From NCBI GenBank assembly GCA_964489445.1, contig CAZAYU010000001.1, positions 442,480 through 506,479 on the forward strand: a DNA stretch of 64,000 nucleotides. Direction: 5' to 3'. This document shows, in pieces, positions 50,359-60,026 of this stretch (its first letter is position 1; each line of letters opens with the position of its first letter). The notes below the pieces were generated by a model that saw only the letters and a program-made list of their open reading frames with translations, was not told the DNA's origin and searched no databases. The position numbers and the translations under genes were made by a program. The stretch comes from an uncultured Planctomycetia bacterium (GTDB lineage: Bacteria; Omnitrophota; Gorgyraeia; Duberdicusellales; 4484-171).

Positions 50359-51582
50359 TTAAAATTTAATTTTTTTAATTTCATCAATTAATAAATCCCC
50401 GGCTACATCAGGAGAGAATGATTTACTATACTCCTCAAATGCATTAGCCGCCACCGAAGATGATAATTGCTTATCTTCATAAACTTTTTTCATGCAACTA
50501 ATAAAATCATTTGCTGTCTTACCTAAAAAGCATGTCTTGTTGTTTACCAAACAAGGATTCCCCAAAGAAGTATTTTTATGTGCAATTACCGGAGCACCTA
50601 AAGACATTGCGGTAACAATTCTACTCCGATTTCCTACTGGAACATCAATCGGAACAATAACTGCATGACACTTGTTTATTAAGCTTACAATATCTTCCAC
50701 AAAGCCCAGATATTTAATTTCCGGCTTATCAATTATTTTCTTCTCTGCCCATTTTGGCAATTTAAGCAAACCGGACAAATATATTTGGAAATTGCCTGCC
50801 CCCCATAACTGTATTAAGCCAAAATACACTTTATCCAAGAAAAAATGTAGTGCTGAACGTGAACCAAGAGCAGATAAATTACCAAAAAACAAGAATGAAG
50901 GCTTTGGGTCTGTCTTCCTGTTTATACAAAATTTATATTCATTTGGCCAAGGATACGGTAAATATAACGAATCAATTTTAAGCCGAGATAATATTGATTC
51001 TGAAGATTTTGAAGAAACTACAACCAAAGAACATCCTGAAAGATTACGTACATAAAATAACTTGCTTAACTGGGATACTATCCAGGCAACAGGTAAAAAA
51101 AACAATTTAATAAAGCTTTCTTTTGTTGCATAAAGCGCATGATACCATAAAGTCTGAAAATTTAAATCACCTAGCCAACAAACTCGCGGGCAAAAAATAT
51201 ATTTTTCTAGCGTAGTGTTAGCAGAGATATCAAAGGAAAAAGATAAATCAGGATTAAACTGATTAATTTTTTTTACAATTTCTCTCGGCAAAACACATAA
51301 AGAAACCCCTAGCTTCTTTTTTAGCTTAGAAATTCTACCAGGGCAGAAACTTAAGACGTGAAACTTGCCTGCTTCTTCAAACTCATCACAATAAACCTTT
51401 AGTCTATCCTTACATTCCTCTTTATCTTCCAAAATCAAGAGATGGATAATATTAAATCCAGAATCTTTTAATTTCTGTATGTAGTAATAGAAAAGAACAA
51501 CACTAGCCCCAAATTTTTTTTGAGGTATTGCACCAAAGCTACAAACGACCAGTCGTTTTCCTTGGATATTATTACCTGCCAT
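50359..51582 (-). CDS. GT4-like glycosyltransferase
   Basis: C-terminal YLGFVEDI...VIVP..VGNRSRIVTAMSLGAPVI; probable ATG at 51582. Confidence 0.7.
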   Translation of the reverse strand: MAGNNIQGKRLVVCSFGAIPQKKFGASVVLFYYYIQKLKDSGFNIIHLLILEDKEECKDRLKVYCDEFEEAGKFHVLSFCPGRISKLKKKLGVSLCVLPREIVKKINQFNPDLSFSFDISANTTLEKYIFCPRVCWLGDLNFQTLWYHALYATKESFIKLFFLPVAWIVSQLSKLFYVRNLSGCSLVVVSSKSSESILSRLKIDSLYLPYPWPNEYKFCINRKTDPKPSFLFFGNLSALGSRSALHFFLDKVYFGLIQLWGAGNFQIYLSGLLKLPKWAEKKIIDKPEIKYLGFVEDIVSLINKCHAVIVPIDVPVGNRSRIVTAMSLGAPVIAHKNTSLGNPCLVNNKTCFLGKTANDFISCMKKVYEDKQLSSSVAANAFEEYSKSFSPDVAGDLLIDEIKKIKF

Positions 51583-51586
51583 ATGC

Positions 51587-52846
51587 TTAGCCAAGTATTT
51601 CAATCTCCAGTAGCGGAACAATTATTTTTGAACGTAGGCCTCGTTCACGTAATTTTTTAATTATTGGCAAGGCATAATGCCATGATAGCATTAAAACATA
51701 ATCCGGCTGCTCTTTTAGCATTAAGGACTCATCTACAACTGGTATATGGGTATTAGGTGTATACATTCCTAATTTTAGGCAAGTTGATTGTTCAGCTATA
51801 TATGGTAATAGATCGCTGGTTACCCCACAATAATGTAATAAAGTAGCAGATCGCCCCGGACAACCGGCCCCGACAACTCTTTTGTTCTCATTGTTAAGCT
51901 GAACCAATAATGATCTAATTTTCTGACATGATTTTTTAACACGTTCAGCAAATTTATCATAAGTAGAATCATCATAGGCTCCGCTTTCGTCTTCAAGTTT
52001 TATAAGCTTACTTACACTTTCTGATACTCGGTGGTTGATGCCTTTTTTAGCATATACCCTGATAGAACCACCATAATTAGGAATACGCTCAACATCAATA
52101 AGCGTAAACCCATGGTCAGTAAAAAATTTAACTAATGGTTTAATAAGATAATAGCGTAAATGTTCGTGATAGATTGAATCATATTGAAGAGTTTTTAAAA
52201 TATCTAGCTGGTAGTGCGATTCGCTGATAAAAATGCCCCCTTCTTCTAATAAATGATTAATACCTTTAGTTAAGCCGGAAAAATCATTCACATGAGCAAA
52301 AACATTAGCAGCAGTTACCAAAGATGCCTTGCCATGAGTATCTGTTATCTTGTGGGCTGTCGGTAACGAAAAAAACTCTTTTAGTGTTTCAATTCCATTA
52401 GCATTAGCAATGTCGGCAATATCTGTTGCCTCCACACCAAGCACTCTCATTCCCATGTTTTTAAAGCCTTCAAGAATAGTTCCATCGTTAGATCCAACAT
52501 CAACAACAAAAGAATTTTTTGGTAAACCAAGCTTATCAACCATATGAGAGGAAATTCCGTGTAAATTATTTCTTAGTGTTTCAGTAATGCCACTACGATA
52601 AGGATACTCGGGGTAAAATAATTCTCTCGTATCAACTGCGTAATCTATCTGCACTAATCCACAGTCACGACACCTCACCAAATTAAGCGGATAGCTTTTC
52701 TCTGGCTTTTTTAACATATCTTTAGTAAGGAGTGAATCACAAGGAGCAAAAAAACCCATATTAATTACTTGTTGAAGATTTTTTGAACTGCAGATCTGAC
52801 AATAATCTATATGCCCAAGCGGTATATCTTCTTTCTCTTTATTCAT
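51587..52846 (-). CDS. NDP-hexose C-methyltransferase family
   Basis: CQIC/CRDC zinc site, DVGSNDG, NVFAH, YHEH, GGSIR, PDYVLMLSWH. Confidence 0.88.
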   Translation of the reverse strand: MNKEKEDIPLGHIDYCQICSSKNLQQVINMGFFAPCDSLLTKDMLKKPEKSYPLNLVRCRDCGLVQIDYAVDTRELFYPEYPYRSGITETLRNNLHGISSHMVDKLGLPKNSFVVDVGSNDGTILEGFKNMGMRVLGVEATDIADIANANGIETLKEFFSLPTAHKITDTHGKASLVTAANVFAHVNDFSGLTKGINHLLEEGGIFISESHYQLDILKTLQYDSIYHEHLRYYLIKPLVKFFTDHGFTLIDVERIPNYGGSIRVYAKKGINHRVSESVSKLIKLEDESGAYDDSTYDKFAERVKKSCQKIRSLLVQLNNENKRVVGAGCPGRSATLLHYCGVTSDLLPYIAEQSTCLKLGMYTPNTHIPVVDESLMLKEQPDYVLMLSWHYALPIIKKLRERGLRSKIIVPLLEIEILG

Positions 52847-53574
52847 AGCTCCTCCTTAACATAACCGGTAAATATAAATGCCTTCGCCTCATTTGTTTCG
52901 ATAAATTTCTCAAATCTAAGTTCCGGATTTTTATTACAAAATTCAGCAAAAGCTCTTCGTTCTCCTTTTTCTGGGTCAGCACAAAAACAATTCCAATCAT
53001 CAAAAACAATAATTGTTCCTTTCTGTAAGAAATCTTTAATAAAACCTAAAACCGGAACTGTCGATGCATACAGATCACAATCAATATAAATAACTGCTGC
53101 TTTTTTCGGTAATAACCTTTGCTTTAACTCTGGGGTTAGTGAAACATCGTAAAACCCCTTAACGGTATTTAGCCTATTCTTGGGAATTCCATGTTTTCTG
53201 GCAATCCGAATAAAATCATTCTCAGAAGTCTTTAATTTTCCTTTTTCCCAAATCTTTTGTTTGTCTATATCACTTATCTCCGGTAATCCTTCAAAAGAAT
53301 CAAAAGCAATATACGTCCAATCAAACAAGTGTCGAAAACAATTGTATGCCTGGCGAATGGTATTTGCTTCATGGCAACCAAACTCAAAATAATACCCTTC
53401 AATCGGACGATTAATATGGCAAAACCTAGCTATACTTAAAAAAATATACTTACGCTGGTCTTGTCCAAATCTAAAATATTCTTTTCTAATCCATCTATAT
53501 CTTTTAGAGACATAGCTTAAAAGAAAGCGCGCTACACGCTTATTTTTTTCTGATAATCTAAATAATTGCTTCAT
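52843..53574 (-). CDS. TylF/MycF/NovP-family O-methyltransferase
   Basis: YFEFG, FDSFEGLP, IDCDLY, FDDW, GE..AF. Confidence 0.88.
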   Translation of the reverse strand: MKQLFRLSEKNKRVARFLLSYVSKRYRWIRKEYFRFGQDQRKYIFLSIARFCHINRPIEGYYFEFGCHEANTIRQAYNCFRHLFDWTYIAFDSFEGLPEISDIDKQKIWEKGKLKTSENDFIRIARKHGIPKNRLNTVKGFYDVSLTPELKQRLLPKKAAVIYIDCDLYASTVPVLGFIKDFLQKGTIIVFDDWNCFCADPEKGERRAFAEFCNKNPELRFEKFIETNEAKAFIFTGYVKEEL

Positions 53575-54269
53575 TTTTCTAAAATATACTTAGCAAAGTT
53601 AAAATCAAACTCATCATCAATATCAATGCTTTCCTGTTTTTTCATAACATAAGCTAAAATTTTTTCTCCGTAAGTGCTATTCTTAACGCAAAGACATTCA
53701 TTAGTAAATGCTAACACCGCCGGACCATTACGTCCATAAAATAAAGGCTTTTTTTGACGAATATTATTCGTTTCATTAAATTTTAGAAAAGGCTTTAGGT
53801 GCTTACCTTCGAGCTGCATTACTGAATAAGGATTAAAACTATGCGGGACATCAACTACACTAACAACCGAATCCGCCCCTGAAGCCATCAATGCCTCTAG
53901 CGCTTCATCAATGTGTTGAGTGGTCCTAAAAGGAGAAGTTGGTTGAAGTAATATTATTAAATCAGGAACATATTTTTCTTTTTCTTTTAAAAACAAAGCT
54001 GCGTGCTTTATTACCGCCAACATCGATGTGTCATCCTCAGCTAAATTTTGCGGCCGGATAAACGGTACATCTACTTTTTGCTTTTGACAATAAGTCATGA
54101 TTTCCTGATCATCACTGGAAAGAATAAGTCTGGTAATTAGTTTGCTGTTTACTGCAGCATTAATTGTGTATTGGATTAATGGAATTCCGCCTAAAAAAGA
54201 GATATTTTTTCTTGGAACACCCTTTGAATTGCCCCGAGCAGGAATTATTCCTAAAATTTCTTTTCCCAT
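53571..54269 (-). CDS. neuA: acylneuraminate cytidylyltransferase
   Basis: IPARGNSKGVPRKN, LQPTSPFR, DIDDEFD. Confidence 0.9.
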   Translation of the reverse strand: MGKEILGIIPARGNSKGVPRKNISFLGGIPLIQYTINAAVNSKLITRLILSSDDQEIMTYCQKQKVDVPFIRPQNLAEDDTSMLAVIKHAALFLKEKEKYVPDLIILLQPTSPFRTTQHIDEALEALMASGADSVVSVVDVPHSFNPYSVMQLEGKHLKPFLKFNETNNIRQKKPLFYGRNGPAVLAFTNECLCVKNSTYGEKILAYVMKKQESIDIDDEFDFNFAKYILEK

Positions 54270-54273
54270 AAAA

Positions 54274-55464
54274 TTAATAATTAAGCTTTTTCTGCAGTGA
54301 GACAGCTGTTAAATCTAACTCGGAGATAATTTTTGCAATTTTTTCCCCGGCACCTCCGTCACCATAAATATAATCTGGTTCGTATTTACCAACTTTAAGC
54401 TGTTTTTTGATCGCACAGATAATTTCATCTTTGTTATACCCAACATCAAACACATTACTTCCTCTTGCTCTTCCCTGCTGCCGACTGCCGATATTAACAG
54501 CTCCAACTCCAATAATCGCGCCCTCCCGAATTGCACTACTAGAATTACCAACAACACAAGCACAAATATCCATCAATTTTATATATACTTCTACCGGAAG
54601 ATTTTTGAAAAGATGTAACCATTGATCAGGCTTATACCTTTCACGAAATGTTCTGATCTCTTTGGATATTTCATCTGAGCCGGCATCAGCATTAGGCCAA
54701 AGCAAAATCGTAGGCATTCCAAGCTCAAGTAGAGCCATTAAAGTTTCCTTCATATGTTTGCGATTATTCCCATACTCAGTTGTTACCGGATGTTGAGACA
54801 CAAGCAAAAACTTTTCCTTATTTAAATCAAATCTTCCACCGATTCCTTTATATTTAGGCCAAAAACTTTCCTGATCTACGCCTTCACCCTTTCGATTTTC
54901 ATCGATAAGTTTTCTAACTAAATCTATTCTCGGGCAACCAGTAACAAACACATTTTTCGGATTTTCACCCATTTTAATAATTCTTTCTGCTGCTTTCTTG
55001 TTAGCTGCAAAATGAATATGTGAAAATTTCGTAACCGCATGCCGAATACTTTCATCAATGGTTCCAGAAACCTCACCTCCCATCGTATGGGCAAGATGAA
55101 TATTCATATAGGTAGCAGTCGAAGCTGTAGCCAAAGTTTCAAAACGATCACCAACAGTAATAACTATATCCGGCCGATGATTCATGAATATTCCGGATAA
55201 TTCAATCATTCCTAAACCAGTAGACATAGCCATAGTCTGAGGATTCTCTCCTTCCACTAGAATATAAAACTTCTCGGTAATTCGAAAACCATCACTTTCT
55301 ATCAAATCAACAACACGCCCGTATCTATCCAGTAAAGCTGAAGCTCCCACAAAAACTAAAAGTTCAAGGGTATCGTTGCGTTTTATAATTTCCTGCATTA
55401 CAGATTTTATGCTAGCGTAATTAGCCCGGCTACCGACAACTACTCCTACTTTTATTTTTTTCAT
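54274..55464 (-). CDS. neuC: UDP-N-acetylglucosamine 2-epimerase (hydrolysing)
   Basis: GDRFE, GGEVSGTIDESIRHA, QHPVT, GNSSS, IGSRQ, YGDG. Confidence 0.9.
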   Translation of the reverse strand: MKKIKVGVVVGSRANYASIKSVMQEIIKRNDTLELLVFVGASALLDRYGRVVDLIESDGFRITEKFYILVEGENPQTMAMSTGLGMIELSGIFMNHRPDIVITVGDRFETLATASTATYMNIHLAHTMGGEVSGTIDESIRHAVTKFSHIHFAANKKAAERIIKMGENPKNVFVTGCPRIDLVRKLIDENRKGEGVDQESFWPKYKGIGGRFDLNKEKFLLVSQHPVTTEYGNNRKHMKETLMALLELGMPTILLWPNADAGSDEISKEIRTFRERYKPDQWLHLFKNLPVEVYIKLMDICACVVGNSSSAIREGAIIGVGAVNIGSRQQGRARGSNVFDVGYNKDEIICAIKKQLKVGKYEPDYIYGDGGAGEKIAKIISELDLTAVSLQKKLNY

Positions 55465-56480
55465 TCTTCTAGCATCTCCTCTTGTATTTTTATATTCACA
55501 TCAATATCCATCTTGACTTTACGACTCAGTAAATCCTTATATTTGTCAGCTCTTATTCCATCTCCAGGCTTTTTAAATGCCAGCATATTAGCGCTTAGCA
55601 CTGAACCACTTTTAATTTGCTGATTAGATACAATACTTTTTTCAAAAATAACTTTCATACTCTGAAGCTTTTTGGCCAACATATCCTTGTCTACGTCATT
55701 AGCCAACGCTAACTCTAAGCTTCTGATTTCTTTAATAAAATCAGCCAACCTTGAAGGAACTAAAGAATGCTCAGAATCAGAACCAGCAATATCTTTTTCT
55801 AAGGTAAAATGCCTCTCAATAACCTCTGCCCCTAAAACAACTGCAGCTATTGAAGCAGTGTTGTCTAATGTATGATCAGAAAAACCCACAGCAAGACCAA
55901 ATCTTTTTTTCATTTCAGACAAAACGTTTAAACCTACTTCTTGCATCGGACAAGGGTAAACCGATGAACACTGTAAAATCGTAATATCCCGGCAGCCTCC
56001 TGCTCTTAGCGTTTGAACCGCATTTTCCAATTCCTTCCAGCTACTCATCCCTGAAGAAAGTAATACTGGCTTACCCAAAGAAGATACTTTTTCTAATAAT
56101 GATAAATTAGTTACTTCTCCTGAAGGTATCTTATGCTTTTTAATGGCAATATTTTCCAGTAAATCAACAGCTTCATTAGAAAACACTGACGCCATAAACT
56201 CTATTTTACATTCTTTTTCTGCATAATTTTTTAGTATTTTCCACTGCTCGACATCAAAAGACGTCCTTTCGAAATATTGTTTGCGGCTTTCCGATTTAAA
56301 ATAAGGCGGATTAGGAGCTTCCGGCAAGCTTTCAGCATCAAAAATATGCACCTGAAATTTTACGGCATCTGCCCCACAAGAAGCAGCCTGAGCAATGAAT
56401 TCTTTTGCCAAATCTAAAGAACCATCATGAAGATTTCCTACTTCAGCAATAATAAAGGTTTTCTTTTTCCTGTTATTCAA
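55461..56480 (-). CDS. neuB: N-acetylneuraminate (nonulosonate) synthase
   Basis: IIAEVG..HDG, AVKFQ, KIPSGE, YP, GFSDHT, IERHFTL, C-terminal SAF (KKPGDGI). Confidence 0.9.
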   Translation of the reverse strand: MNNRKKKTFIIAEVGNLHDGSLDLAKEFIAQAASCGADAVKFQVHIFDAESLPEAPNPPYFKSESRKQYFERTSFDVEQWKILKNYAEKECKIEFMASVFSNEAVDLLENIAIKKHKIPSGEVTNLSLLEKVSSLGKPVLLSSGMSSWKELENAVQTLRAGGCRDITILQCSSVYPCPMQEVGLNVLSEMKKRFGLAVGFSDHTLDNTASIAAVVLGAEVIERHFTLEKDIAGSDSEHSLVPSRLADFIKEIRSLELALANDVDKDMLAKKLQSMKVIFEKSIVSNQQIKSGSVLSANMLAFKKPGDGIRADKYKDLLSRKVKMDIDVNIKIQEEMLEE

Positions 56481-56497
56481 ATTTCACCCACCTGTAA

Positions 56498-57910
56498 TCA
56501 ACGATAATGCTTCTTTAAAGCCCCTCTTATGATACCTTTCAAATCAAAACACCAAAATGCAATAATAGCCAACCCTGTAAAAATAGCACACTTAAAACTA
56601 AAGGGCAATAAATAAATCTTAAAAGTAATCAGTCCAATAAGTACCACTAAAGAGACCCAAAAAGATATTCTCTCAAATGAAATACACCCCAATTTTATTG
56701 CATAAATTCTTCTGACTAAACGAGTACTAAAAAAATAAAGAATAATAGAAATTGCGGCTCCAACCATCCCAAAAACCCTTACAAATAAAATAGTTAACCC
56801 GCAAAATAATAACCCAGGAATTACTTCACTAAAAAAAACAATCTTATTCTTTTTTTTAGCTAAAAGATACTGCAAATAAGGAACACCAAAAAAATAAACC
56901 ATAATCAATATAAACCATAACGACACTATTGGAGCAGCCGAAATGAATTTACCATGAGTTAAAATACCAATAACTTCCGGAGAAAATAAGCATACCGCCA
57001 CACCAGCTATCCCTAAAAATCCAGTCCAATTATTAAATATTTCTTTCATTTTTATCATCTTTTGCCTATCACCAACAGAAGCAGCTTCAACGATTTCTGG
57101 TGAATAAGAATTAGAAAAAGCCTTAAACACCATTAAAAACATCCGGCGATAGTATAAAGAATGGCTATAAATACCTAAGCTAGCTAGCCCCGACCACCTC
57201 TCAATAAACAATCTCCCTAAAGAATTAGGAATAATTTCCAAAATGTTAACCGGAATCGTTGGAAGTCCTCTTTTTATTATTTCTTTTATCCATTTTATCT
57301 TAATTGAAAAGATACTATATTTACGAATATAAAATACCGAAAACAAAAACCCTCCGAAAGCTGCACCTAAATACATCAACACTAACGAAATCGTCTTAAG
57401 ATCAAACACCAATAAAGCTATTAATAAAACAGACAGCCGACTAACAATTTGAATAATTTCATACGCAGCATAAGCTTGACCTTTCTTTTGTAGAACAATA
57501 ACATAGGAAACAATTTCTCCCACTGAATTAAACCACTCAGCAATTAAGAACAACCAAAGAAATAGCAAAAACTCACCTTGATAAGAACTAACCCAAAGCG
57601 GAAGAAACCAAAAACCAGAAATACCGATAACCAGCACCCAAAATGCACGAAGCAATATCCCAAAAATAATAATCGTAGATATTAATTCTTTTCTTTCTTC
57701 TGGACTAACTTTATAATAATTTCCGGCTAACACCCAAAACACTCCGGTTGAAGAAAGGGGTACTATCAACCCAGAAAAAACAGTAATAATCCCCACAATA
57801 CCAAAATCTTCAGGATTTAAGTAATAGGTAGAGACCGGAATAATCACAAACAACCCAACAATTCCGGTTAAAACAGAAGGAGAAAGATAATAAAAAAAAT
57901 TCTTTCTCAT
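56498..57910 (-). CDS. wzx: oligosaccharide flippase (Wzx)
   Basis: YLNPEDFG, about 12-14 TM helices, LGIYS, FGMVGAA. Confidence 0.8.
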   Translation of the reverse strand: MRKNFFYYLSPSVLTGIVGLFVIIPVSTYYLNPEDFGIVGIITVFSGLIVPLSSTGVFWVLAGNYYKVSPEERKELISTIIIFGILLRAFWVLVIGISGFWFLPLWVSSYQGEFLLFLWLFLIAEWFNSVGEIVSYVIVLQKKGQAYAAYEIIQIVSRLSVLLIALLVFDLKTISLVLMYLGAAFGGFLFSVFYIRKYSIFSIKIKWIKEIIKRGLPTIPVNILEIIPNSLGRLFIERWSGLASLGIYSHSLYYRRMFLMVFKAFSNSYSPEIVEAASVGDRQKMIKMKEIFNNWTGFLGIAGVAVCLFSPEVIGILTHGKFISAAPIVSLWFILIMVYFFGVPYLQYLLAKKKNKIVFFSEVIPGLLFCGLTILFVRVFGMVGAAISIILYFFSTRLVRRIYAIKLGCISFERISFWVSLVVLIGLITFKIYLLPFSFKCAIFTGLAIIAFWCFDLKGIIRGALKKHYR

Positions 57911-57917
57911 TATTGGC

Positions 57918-58631
57918 TTATTTTACCGCCTCAACATAAAGAGTCTCAATTTCTCGTTCGGCAAGTTCAATCTTATCAATATCAGGAATCTGGCTATCTA
58001 GTCTCTTCTTTTTTTTGACTTGGCTAAAACCGCTGATTTCTAATATATGCTTTAATGACTCAAAATCATAAAACCATTCATGTGTTCTTCCACAATCATA
58101 AGCTTTAGCCATGAATATTTCTCCGGGAGTAGCTGCTTTATCGTAAACACAAAACTTTTTAATCAAAGGATTTTCAAAGAAATTACGATTATTGTTTGCA
58201 TAATTTTCTGCATACAAACGAAGATTTGGACAGCTAATCCAAATTATTCCCCCTTGCTTCATAACCCGAAAAGCTTCTTGAAAAAAAATAATACTTTTAT
58301 TTAAATCTAAATGCTCAATAAAATGGCTCCCGGCAATAGACTGGATAGATTCTGCTGCAAACGGCCATTTTTTAATTAAATTAAAATTCAAAACTAGAAT
58401 ATCATTTATTTTTTTTACCCGGCCATACTCTTCATATTTCTCATTTTTTATATTCAACCAACCGCTTATCAAATTCTTCCCGCAACCTACATGAAGCTTG
58501 TCGACATTTAGATTAAGAATGCTTTTCGCTAAAAAATATTTATTAATACGAGTATACCGAAGCAATAGGTAAGAAAAAATAAGCCTTAGCGCCCCTTTAA
58601 ATTTAAAAAATATTTTTTCGCACTTACTCAA
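57918..58631 (-). CDS. class I SAM-dependent methyltransferase
   Basis: KLHVGCG, SHFIEHL, RVMKQGG. Confidence 0.8.
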   Translation of the reverse strand: MSKCEKIFFKFKGALRLIFSYLLLRYTRINKYFLAKSILNLNVDKLHVGCGKNLISGWLNIKNEKYEEYGRVKKINDILVLNFNLIKKWPFAAESIQSIAGSHFIEHLDLNKSIIFFQEAFRVMKQGGIIWISCPNLRLYAENYANNNRNFFENPLIKKFCVYDKAATPGEIFMAKAYDCGRTHEWFYDFESLKHILEISGFSQVKKKKRLDSQIPDIDKIELAEREIETLYVEAVK

Positions 58632-59879
58632 TTATTCCCCTTCCTTCTGCAAATCTGTACAAGATACAAATATAGCAACAAAAGAAATAAGCAACCAGAA
58701 TAAAATTGATAGCTTAAGCGAATAAAGCTGAGTATCAAAAAACATTTGGACACAAAATGCTGATGAAGCAGAAATTGTCCCTAACAATAAAATATCAAAT
58801 TTTTTAATTATCATTTTTATACTTCTTCCAAATACTAACCCCAGAAACCATAAAAAAGAAACAAACCCTAAAAGACCGGTTTCAGCTAAAATTTGCAGAT
58901 AACAATTGTGTGCATATAGCGGTTGTAATCCATAATCAGTTATATGATTCATAAACAATCCTAAGCCCCGTCCATTCAAAGGATAATCTTTAAACATTAA
59001 AACTGCCCCTTTCCATATCCCAAATCTTCCTCCGTCGGCTCTTTCAATCAGCTCCAATATATTTTCTCTCAAGAATGGAATACTTATTCCAGCTACTAGA
59101 CAAATTAATAAAAAAAACAAAAATCCAAATTTTATTCTTCTACCTGGAAATAAAAAAGCAAACACTATTAGCCCGATAGATAATGAAAGCAGGCCAGCCC
59201 GAGAATTTACTAAAAAAATATTAATCACCAACAATAAAAATAAAACATACACGCCAAATCTTACCCAAGATTTTTTTATTCTCAGTAGCACCGAGCAGCT
59301 TAACAAAAATATTACTGATAAGTAAGTAGAAAAATTATTGAAGTGGCTGAAACTAGCAGTTACCCCTAAAAAATCATTTGCTCCTTTTAGTTCAAAACCT
59401 CTTAAAAAATCTATTCCTACTATATATTGATAAATACCATCAACAGATACTAAAAAAGCTGAAGCTAAGAAAACATAAATTAAATATTTTACTTTTTGTT
59501 TATTTAAAAATATTTGAGCAAGATAAAAAAGAGCTACTCCCTCTCCCCACTTTGAAACCCAGGCTCTTAAACTTTTCCCTAAAAGATCACCACTGGAAAA
59601 AAAAGAAAATCCAATACATAAATAAAAAATTAATAGCGCCAAATTTACCCTATTGTTAAAAAAGGCTCTTATATCCTTGCCTGATGGTCTTTCAATGGCA
59701 AACCGGATAAGAAAGCAAAGAAGTATAAATCCAAAACAAGTTTCAATCGTTGCGCCGGATATCGGAAGAAAAAAAACCAAAACCCCAAAAAAGAAAACCG
59801 CCGCTTTATTGACTATACTTATAATTTTATCTTTCAATTTATGCACCCTTTTTTTCTCTTCGTCCTTTCCTCTCATCAT
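58632..59879 (-). CDS. waaL: O-antigen ligase family protein
   Basis: Multi-TM, SRAG, R..IW, GRGLG, AHNCYLQILAETGLLG; start uncertain. Confidence 0.8.
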   Translation of the reverse strand: MMRGKDEEKKRVHKLKDKIISIVNKAAVFFFGVLVFFLPISGATIETCFGFILLCFLIRFAIERPSGKDIRAFFNNRVNLALLIFYLCIGFSFFSSGDLLGKSLRAWVSKWGEGVALFYLAQIFLNKQKVKYLIYVFLASAFLVSVDGIYQYIVGIDFLRGFELKGANDFLGVTASFSHFNNFSTYLSVIFLLSCSVLLRIKKSWVRFGVYVLFLLLVINIFLVNSRAGLLSLSIGLIVFAFLFPGRRIKFGFLFFLLICLVAGISIPFLRENILELIERADGGRFGIWKGAVLMFKDYPLNGRGLGLFMNHITDYGLQPLYAHNCYLQILAETGLLGFVSFLWFLGLVFGRSIKMIIKKFDILLLGTISASSAFCVQMFFDTQLYSLKLSILFWLLISFVAIFVSCTDLQKEGE

Positions 59880-60024
59880 CCTTCCTCCATTCTCCCCCTT
59901 CTAAGCCTCAACCTCATCCTTAACCTTTATTTTTCTCTTCTATTTCCATTTATTTTTCCTTGAACCTTTATCCTTTAACCTTCTTCTCCTATCGTCCTTC
60001 TTCCATTCTCCCTCGTCCATCGTT
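59858..60024 (-). repeat. composite purine-rich tract T5
   Basis: GATGGAC GAGGGAG AATGGAA GAAGGAC | AAGGTTA AAGGATA AAGGTTC AAGGAAA | AAGGTT AAGGAT GAGGTT GAGGCT | AATGGAG GAAGGAT. Confidence 0.85.
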
Positions 60025-60026
60025 CT

